Part shown: positions 57,398 to 64,000 of the stretch, in pieces | How the letters are laid out: each line of letters starts with the position of its first letter | Position numbering within the stretch: the stretch's first letter is position 1 | Source of the DNA: an uncultured Verrucomicrobiae bacterium | GTDB lineage: Bacteria > Verrucomicrobiota > Verrucomicrobiia > Opitutales > JABDGR01 | Reading direction: 5' to 3' | NCBI GenBank assembly: GCA_963765205.1 | Contig: CAVXVB010000005.1 | Location: 608,001-672,000, forward strand | DNA length: 64,000 nucleotides | Notes under the pieces: generated by a model | Seen by the model: only the letters and a program-made list of their open reading frames with translations | Database searches by the model: none | What the model was told of the DNA's origin: nothing | Position numbers and translations under genes: made by a program

Positions 57398-58304
57398 TCA
57401 TTTCGCGGCGGAGCCATCAGCCGGCGCAGGCACGGGCGTCAGTTGGCCGATGGGCTTGTCGCCAATCGCAATATCATCATAGTAAATATCCACGTCGTTG
57501 GCGACGGATGGCGCCCACGAGCGGAAACCGAGGTCAAATTCCTTAAAACCGCCGGTCAATCCGCCATCGGGATACATGATCCGATGGGTAATGGGCTGGT
57601 TCACCGTCAAGTTTCCGTCCACCCAAATGACAATGCGACCCGGTTTTTCAATGAATTCCCATTCCAGGCAAAACCATTTCCCCACCGGATAGACGCCGAC
57701 CTGCTTCGTGGTTTCGCTGCGTGGACGGTCCGGGGTGGGCGCGTTCAACTGAAACGAAGGTTGAAAGAGGCCGCGGTCGCTGCCTATTTCCAGGAAGTCG
57801 GCAATCGGGAAACCCACCGAGCCGGACAAGATATACACGCTATGGGTGGCGGGAACGCCTTTGATCATCACATACGCGCGGCCGTAAAAATGATTGCGCA
57901 GTGATTCCTGCACCGTCATCCCGATAAAGGCCCAGGAATTTGTCCCCGTGCCCTTCGGATAATGAACCTGGAGGGCGTATTTGCCGTGTGCGACCACGTC
58001 CGATTGCACCGTGAGTGTCGCATTGCCTGCCACGCGCTGGACCCAGTAATTCGGGTTGATCTTGCCTGTTTCAAAATCTTCCCAAAAAACCGGCGGCCCG
58101 TTGGCAGGTCGGTCCCAAGGTTGCGGAGCGGCGGGAGCAGCATTGGCCGCCGGCCGGGCGGTGCGAGGCGTTGGCGCCGGAGCCGAAGCGGCAGGCGCGC
58201 TGCTGTCAGCAGCGGGCGCGGGCCGTTTGCGCGACGCCAGTATTGGCAATAACCGAACAAACCGTGAGGGCAAGGGGCAGGAGATATTTTGGGGGGAGGG
58301 GCAT
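57398..58304 (-). pseudogene. Paralog 4, frameshifted in linker (~58221)
   Basis: Signal MPLPPKYLLPLALTVCSVIANTGVAQTA then an extra C (ACG GCC C GCG CCC); span 907 nt (3n+1). Confidence 0.75.
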
Positions 58305-58400
58305 GGCGTAAAAAAGTAATCCAAGACCAGCAGGGCGCAAGCGAGAAATTAACCCCACTGGACGAGCGGATTTTCGCGGTGATAGTTGCCCAAGTTCTGC

Positions 58401-58439
58401 CATCCGTCCCGCCATGGCGGGATCTGTGCCATCCGTGGT
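58401..58439. repeat. 9-mer repeat arm interrupted by 14-bp perfect palindrome
   Basis: catccgt [cccgccatggcggg] atctgtgcc atccgtggt. Confidence 0.6.
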
Positions 58440-58508
58440 CAAATTCGCTTGCGAAAAACAGAACAATCCATGCTTTTCTTCGCCGGGCCGCGCGCCTAGC
58501 GTGGCGGC

Positions 58509-59864
58509 ATGTTGGATCTCGGCTATCTCCTGCTCGGCCTCGCCATCGGCGCAGCCCTCGCGGCCCTCTGGCTGCGCGGGCGGAGCGTCGCCGCCGTCGC
58601 GGAACTCCGCGAGCGCGCGAAGAACCTCGAACAGCGCGCCACCGAATTAAAAGCCGAGCGTGACGGGCTGGCCGCGCGCGCGGGCCTCGTCGCCTCCCTC
58701 GAAACCGCCCTCCAAAAGGAACGCGGGACCGCGACGGAAAAACTCGCCGTGCTCGACGACGCGCAGAAAAAACTGCGCGAGGCCTTCTCCGCGCTCTCCG
58801 CCGAGGCCCTCCGCACCAACAACCAGCAGTTCCTTGATCTCGCCAAGTCCACCCTCGAAAAATTCCAGGAATCCGCTCGCGGCGACCTCGACAAGCGCCA
58901 GGTGGCGATTGACCAGCTCGTCGCGCCCGTGAAGGAAACCCTCGGCAAATTCGACGCGAAACTCGGCGAACTCGAACGGGCGCGCGTCGGCGCCTACGAG
59001 GCCCTGCGCACCCAGGTGCAGGGGCTGGCCGACTCACAGACTGCCCTCAAAACCGAAACCGGCAACCTCGTCAAAGCCCTGCGCGCGCCGCAAGTGCGCG
59101 GGCGCTGGGGGGAAATCCAGCTCAAGCGCGTCGTCGAGCTCGCCGGGATGCTCGACCATTGCGATTTTCTCGAACAGCAAAGCGTCGCCAACGACGAAGG
59201 CCGCCAGCAGCGCCCGGACATGATCATAAAACTGCCCGGCGGCAAAAACGTCGTGGTGGACGCCAAAGCGCCGCTGGCCGCGTATCTCGAGGCCCTCGAA
59301 GCGCCCGACGACGCCACCCGCGCGGAAAAACTGCGCGCCCACGCCCGGCAGATTCGCGACCACCTGCGCACGCTCGGGCAAAAGGGCTACTGGCAGCAAT
59401 TCCAACCCGCGCCGGAATTCGTCGTGCTGTTTCTGCCCGGCGAAATGTTTTACAGCGCGGCCCTCGAACAGGACCCATCACTGATCGAGGAAGGCGTCGG
59501 CCAGCGCGTGATTTTGGCCACGCCGACCACGTTGATCGCGCTGCTCAAGGCCGTGTCCTTCGGCTGGCGGCAGGAAGCCCTCGCCGTCAACGCCGCGGAA
59601 ATCAGCGACCTTGGCCGCGAACTGCACGAGCGCCTGGGCACGATGGGCGGCCATTTTGTGCGCCTCGGTGAACGGCTCGACAAGGCCGTCGAGGCTTATA
59701 ACGGCGCCATGTCGTCCCTCGAATCGCGCGTGCTCGTCACCGCGCGCAAATTCACCCAGCTCAGTTCCGCCAGCCCGGCGGAAATCCCCGTCACCGAACC
59801 CATTCAGAAACAACCCCGCCTGCTCCAAGCGCCGGAACTGCTGGAGCCGACGACCAAGAATTGA
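58509..59864 (+). CDS. rmuC: DNA recombination protein RmuC
   Basis: N-terminal TM and coiled coil, RGRWGEIQL, RPDMII.LP, VVDAKAPL, PEFVVLFLPGE, TPTTLIALL. Confidence 0.95.
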   Translation: MLDLGYLLLGLAIGAALAALWLRGRSVAAVAELRERAKNLEQRATELKAERDGLAARAGLVASLETALQKERGTATEKLAVLDDAQKKLREAFSALSAEALRTNNQQFLDLAKSTLEKFQESARGDLDKRQVAIDQLVAPVKETLGKFDAKLGELERARVGAYEALRTQVQGLADSQTALKTETGNLVKALRAPQVRGRWGEIQLKRVVELAGMLDHCDFLEQQSVANDEGRQQRPDMIIKLPGGKNVVVDAKAPLAAYLEALEAPDDATRAEKLRAHARQIRDHLRTLGQKGYWQQFQPAPEFVVLFLPGEMFYSAALEQDPSLIEEGVGQRVILATPTTLIALLKAVSFGWRQEALAVNAAEISDLGRELHERLGTMGGHFVRLGERLDKAVEAYNGAMSSLESRVLVTARKFTQLSSASPAEIPVTEPIQKQPRLLQAPELLEPTTKN

Positions 59865-59904
59865 ATTTTGTTCTAAATCTTGGTGTCTGAATTATGTAAT
59901 TGCC

Positions 59905-60150
59905 CTAATTTGAATCTGGCCTGGTCTTAACATTCTGTAGTCTGGCCCGGTTACGCCACGCGATCACTTTAAAGCCAATATACAAACCTAACAACGTCCC
60001 CCACGCCTCGAATAGCAACTTGGAGACGCCGTGTGCGGCGAATGCACCCAATACACCGTAGTAACGCAAACGCTCTATCACCAAAAACGCTGCGGCTAAT
60101 GCGTAGATCATCTTCTCTTGGGCCGTTATCGTCTTGAGGGGGTTCGTCAT
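59905..60150 (-). CDS. Small hypothetical membrane protein
   Basis: 81 aa, two hydrophobic segments, AT-richer. Confidence 0.45.
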   Translation of the reverse strand: MTNPLKTITAQEKMIYALAAAFLVIERLRYYGVLGAFAAHGVSKLLFEAWGTLLGLYIGFKVIAWRNRARLQNVKTRPDSN

Positions 60151-60305
60151 ACCGCCTTTTCTACCCGCGCCTGGCAGGGAGCGCAATAATTTTGGGCCTG
60201 GTTGGCTGAAAAATACTTTGTTTTTCTTGTTCTTATTTCCATTCCACCGGCGTCTTAGTGGTGTGTTCTTATTTCAACCCAAACCCACCCAAGAAAGCTT
60301 CACCC

Positions 60306-60521
60306 ATGACTAACGAAATTGACCTCGCGGCGCTCGCCGGGCGCCTCAAGTTTCTCAACATCCTCTACCTCGCCCTCTTTGGCGCCAGCCTGGCCATGAT
60401 TGTCCTCCAAGTCTCGGCGTTGCTGTGGGCCTGCACGCTCGGCAGTGCGGTCTGCGTGCGGCTGTATCGCGGTTCCCAGCTCAACAAGTATAACGCCGCC
60501 AAAGGCGGCCCGCTGGTGTAG
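60306..60521 (+). CDS. Small hypothetical membrane protein
   Basis: 71 aa, two TM helices, host-like codon usage. Confidence 0.6.
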   Translation: MTNEIDLAALAGRLKFLNILYLALFGASLAMIVLQVSALLWACTLGSAVCVRLYRGSQLNKYNAAKGGPLV

Positions 60522-60616
60522 CTGTGGATTCGACGGAGACCACGCCGGAGTCGAATGAAATCCATGCCGGTTGAGTTTCTGTCGTGGGCCAGTTTGCATT
60601 TGGGCCTCGCGGCTTT

Positions 60617-60720
60617 CGCCCCAACGGGGCGCAGGAATCCAGCCCAAGGTTGCTTCGGCAGCAGCCGGAGCTACCTTGGGAATCTAATAACACAAAAAAT
60701 TTGCGCTCTGAAGGAGCGCA
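60617..60720. repeat. Three-hairpin REP-like intergenic element
   Basis: CGCCCC-aac-GGGGCG; CCCAAGGTTGCTTCGGC-agca-GCCGGAGCTACCTTGGG; TGCGCTC-tgaag-GAGCGCA. Confidence 0.65.
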
Positions 60721-60790
60721 GGCGCGCGGCGTTTCCTCCGCCCATGCAAGCCGCAAGACCCATTTCAAATTGACCCACCCTCGAATTTCC

Positions 60791-60817
60791 TGTCACCGCA
60801 GGCCGGGAAATTGCAAC
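60791..60817 (+). promoter_or_regulatory. Candidate autoregulatory ECF promoter
   Basis: TGTCACC-N16-CAAC ending 8 nt before the ATG of the ECF gene. Confidence 0.45.
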
Positions 60818-60825
60818 ATAGTGGT

Positions 60826-63528
60826 ATGGCGATAAACCCCAGCGTCGAGGAGCCGGCCATCGAGGACGCCGCCCTCGTCGCGCGCTGCCGGGCGGGCGAG
60901 ACCGCCGCCTTTGCGCACATCGTCGCGCGCTACCAGTCCCTCATCTGCGCGCTGACCTATAGCGCGACGGGCAACGTCCACCAGAGCGAAGACCTGGCGC
61001 AGGAAACTTTTGTGGCCGCGTGGAAAAGTCTGCCCGACCTGCGTGAGCCGGCCAAGCTGCGCGCGTGGCTCTGCGGGATTGCCCGCAACCGGGCCTTGAA
61101 CCGCCACCGCGACAACCGGCGCGAACCCAGCCACGCCGGCGAACCTTTGGAAAATCTCGCCAACCAAAAAACCGATGAACCCAACCCCGCCACGCTCGCC
61201 ATGGCCCAAGACGAGCACGCGCTCGTCTGGCGCGCGCTGGAGGAGATGCCCGAGACTTACCGCGAGCCGCTGGTCCTCTATTACCGCCAAAACCAGTCGG
61301 TCGAAAACGTGGCCGGCGCGCTCGATTTGACCGAAGACGCCGTCAAGCAACGCCTCGCGCGCGGGCGCAATATGCTGCAAGAACGCGTGCTCGCCCTCGT
61401 CGAGGGCACGCTCGGGCGGACGAATCCCGGCCCGGTCTTCACCGCCAATGTGATGGCGGCCATTCCGATCGCATCCACTTCACTGAGCAAAACAGCGGCG
61501 CTGGCAACGGCGACCACCGCCAAGGGCGTGCTGGTGGCCACCAAGGCCACCGGCTTCCTCGGCGTGCTGAACATCCTCCTCGGCCCGCTCATTGGCCTCC
61601 TCGCCGGCCTGTTGGGCGTGGAGTCGGGCCTGAAGGCCTTTTCCGGGCAAAACATATTTCCGGCCCGACCCCTGTCGGTGGAAGAACGAAAGGCCACGCG
61701 CGAAGCGAGAAAACTGCGGCAGCAGGAATTCCGGGAAAAGTCCAAGGAACGGCGAAAGGCCAACTGGGAGCATATCAAGCAAGGTTGGCGGGGATTTGGC
61801 ACGGTGCTCCTCAAGCCGACGTTGCTGCTCATTGCGGCGATCGCGGTAATGTTGGTTTCCATTTGGTTGCTGTCGGGTAAAAAGGGCGAGAATCCGTTTT
61901 TGGATTCACACTGGATCCTCGTTTCCAGAATTGGCCTGGTGAGCATCGGGTTGGGCCTTTGCTGCCTGATTCGACAGTTAATAGCCTACAAGGCATTCGT
62001 GCGCGGAAAGGGAGACTCTTACCGCGAACGTCAGCGTGCAGTAAATTGGAGAGCGTTCAAAGCCTTGGTGATGCTTGCCGTCACGTTCATCGCGATGCAG
62101 GTGCTGTGTGCGGTGCCGGCCCTCTACTTGCGGCAAAATCCGGCGCTGGTCACCGCTGCGGCCATCGGCTTGTTCTTGGGTTCTCGGCGGCTGGCAGAGG
62201 GACTGACGAAACTGATCAAGTGGAGCATCCCCGACTATACGGGTGAAGTGCCGAGCGACCAGCCGCACGCAACCAAGGAATTCCGCAGCCCGTGGTCATT
62301 GCTCGGCCTGCCCCTGCTGCACCTCAACACCGGGCGGACGCCCGATGGCAAGCGGGGCGAGGCCCGAGGCTGGCTGGCCATCGGTGGCCGCGCGGTCGGT
62401 GTCGTGGCCATCGGCGATATTGCCGTGGGCATTATTAGCATTGGCCGGGCGGCGATGGGCTTGGTGGCAATTGGCGGAGTCGCCGTGGGGCCACTGGCTA
62501 TCGGCTGCCTGGCCTTCGGCCAGTGGACGGCGGGCGGCCTGGCGGTAGGCGGTTTTGCCACCGGTGGGCTGGCGTTTGGCCTACACGCAGCGAGCGGGTC
62601 GCTCGCGCTGGCGCAGGATTACGCCCAAGGCAGCTTCGCCTACGCCGCACATATCAATGGCGATGCCGCGCAGGCCGCCGCCGCGGGAAGATTTTTTCCC
62701 GCCATGAATAGCTTCCTTCATCGAGCCTGGATTGGTAGCGCGTTTTTGGTTCTGTTCGGCTTTTCGTTACACCAGACGGGCACCTTCGCGGGATACACCT
62801 CCAAAAAACTGCCCAAGAAACCCGAGGGAGGATTTGAGCATAAACTCTCCGCACTCCCGTCGGGCGATCTCGTCGTGCCCGCGCTAATTTCGCTGGCCTT
62901 ATCAACGACGATAATTTGGCTATTAACCCAGGACTGGAAAAAATTTGAGGCGCATCCCTTCGCCGCCGTAATCGTGGTGAGTGGCCTCGGCCTGCTTTAT
63001 CTCCTTGGGTTGCTACTGGGCTCCATTGGCCAGTTCGTGTTTTATCGCCTGCTCAGTGGACCACAGGCGCATGAACCGGACACAAAAGAAGCGGACGGAG
63101 AAAATGGTCCCTTGGGTTCCGCAAACAGTTTGGCCGAAGATTCACCGCGAACTCCAGCAGCGGCTCCACAAAAGCCACCCGACAAGCTTATAAAATACAA
63201 AGTCCTGCTCGGGTTGACGATCATCGCACTTATCGCATTGCCCTTTATTTTTGCCCAGATTGCCCATTCCAAAGTGTGGCTTCCAGTCGTGTTGATTGCA
63301 GTGGCCGTTGGCATTGTTGCCGGTGAATTTTGGTTTACCGTGAAAGAGGCCCGCGGAGCAAACCGGAATGCAGGCCTGAAAGCAGCCGGAAAAACATTGG
63401 TGGATGTCGCCATTTTTGGCGCACTCCTTGCGGTTATTATGAATTTTTGGTCTGCCTCGCTGATTATCGTTGGGGTCGCCTTGGCGGGATTGAGGTTCGG
63501 GTTGCCAAAACGGATGGGACTGGATTAA
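60826..63528 (+). CDS. ECF sigma factor with very long multi-TM C-terminal extension
   Basis: Sigma2 (AFAHIVARYQ, EDLAQETF, WLCGIARN), sigma4 (MPETYREPLVLYY, AVKQRLARGR), many TMs and a G-rich AIG repeat block. Confidence 0.9.
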   Translation: MAINPSVEEPAIEDAALVARCRAGETAAFAHIVARYQSLICALTYSATGNVHQSEDLAQETFVAAWKSLPDLREPAKLRAWLCGIARNRALNRHRDNRREPSHAGEPLENLANQKTDEPNPATLAMAQDEHALVWRALEEMPETYREPLVLYYRQNQSVENVAGALDLTEDAVKQRLARGRNMLQERVLALVEGTLGRTNPGPVFTANVMAAIPIASTSLSKTAALATATTAKGVLVATKATGFLGVLNILLGPLIGLLAGLLGVESGLKAFSGQNIFPARPLSVEERKATREARKLRQQEFREKSKERRKANWEHIKQGWRGFGTVLLKPTLLLIAAIAVMLVSIWLLSGKKGENPFLDSHWILVSRIGLVSIGLGLCCLIRQLIAYKAFVRGKGDSYRERQRAVNWRAFKALVMLAVTFIAMQVLCAVPALYLRQNPALVTAAAIGLFLGSRRLAEGLTKLIKWSIPDYTGEVPSDQPHATKEFRSPWSLLGLPLLHLNTGRTPDGKRGEARGWLAIGGRAVGVVAIGDIAVGIISIGRAAMGLVAIGGVAVGPLAIGCLAFGQWTAGGLAVGGFATGGLAFGLHAASGSLALAQDYAQGSFAYAAHINGDAAQAAAAGRFFPAMNSFLHRAWIGSAFLVLFGFSLHQTGTFAGYTSKKLPKKPEGGFEHKLSALPSGDLVVPALISLALSTTIIWLLTQDWKKFEAHPFAAVIVVSGLGLLYLLGLLLGSIGQFVFYRLLSGPQAHEPDTKEADGENGPLGSANSLAEDSPRTPAAAPQKPPDKLIKYKVLLGLTIIALIALPFIFAQIAHSKVWLPVVLIAVAVGIVAGEFWFTVKEARGANRNAGLKAAGKTLVDVAIFGALLAVIMNFWSASLIIVGVALAGLRFGLPKRMGLD

Positions 63529-63816
63529 CCCAAGTTTTGGAAATATGCTCTGGACCTCACCAACCAAGCCGCCTTTGCCCTGGGGCTGACGCTTTACCAC
63601 CTTGATCCCGATCCATTTTTTGGACATCCGTCGGTTATCCTCTACGCCCTCGCCGCGAAAATCGGCCATCATCTCCTGTTCTGGGACAAATACAAGGAAG
63701 TGGAAATTCACCAAAAAGCCGCAGCCACCTCGGACGCCGTCCCACCTCCACCGAAAATACTTTGAGCGGAGTTTTATAATCCAGGCCCGCCTTAGTCCCG
63801 CAGGGACGCCACCTTT

Positions 63817-64000
63817 TCACTCCGCCTTCCGCCACGCCAGAATTTCCAACTGCGGGTATTGGCGACCGTTCCAGAAGTTCCAGTAGAACTTCGCGGCGAG
63901 GTCGAGCGGCGTGTTCGCGGGCGGCAGGTTCGCCGCCTTTTTCCAGGCGACGGCGGCGACGCGCCCCGCGCCGCCGGGCACCCAGCAGCGGTAGCTTTCC
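63817..64000 (-). CDS. recJ: C-terminus of probable RecJ exonuclease (partial)
   Basis: Manual translation ...VAAVAWKKA...PLDLAAKFYWNFWNGRQYPQLEILAWRKAE*, resembling the RecJ C-terminal OB fold. Confidence 0.55.
   Translation of the reverse strand, partial: ESYRCWVPGGAGRVAAVAWKKAANLPPANTPLDLAAKFYWNFWNGRQYPQLEILAWRKAE

Noticed and set aside
12741..63528. Two in-frame TAA codons as evidence for stop-codon reassignment
   Set aside because: TAA ends many conserved genes here at their normal positions (rpmF, plsX, pstS, ychF)
1..64000. tRNA, rRNA, prophage, retron/DGR or restriction-modification genes
   Set aside because: No cloverleaf or rRNA signatures, and no reverse transcriptase, integrase, phage or DNA methyltransferase motifs recognised

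Overview
GC-rich bacterial chromosomal window. Gene content and order suggest Verrucomicrobiota, probably Opitutia; this is inference. Housekeeping blocks: pyc (5' part), rlmI-like, recR, rpmF-plsX-fabH-bamD-lptE-rpe, ribB-ribH-nusB, pstSCAB-phoU, truA, ccsA/resB, ychF, glyQS, rmuC, probable recJ (3' end). Accessory content: an arnB/arnC/formyltransferase cluster, a GT2/methyltransferase/GT-C cluster, four type II toxin-antitoxin pairs, a truncated IS1595-family element, secreted carbohydrate-active genes and many intergenic 7-mer and 9-mer repeats. Most notable: (1) four tandem secreted paralogs, three frameshifted in the linker just after the signal peptide, with REP-like hairpins between copies; (2) a MazF N-terminus fused in frame to an exported tandem-domain protein; (3) a stand-alone double-AP2 protein; (4) a 900-aa ECF sigma/membrane fusion with a probable premature TAA; (5) recurring gene-less periodic hairpin elements; (6) visible regulatory sites (Pho box, Rrf2 operators, candidate sigma54 promoter for fliA). 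No rRNA, tRNA or CRISPR array was seen. All family calls come from motif recognition, not from database searches.
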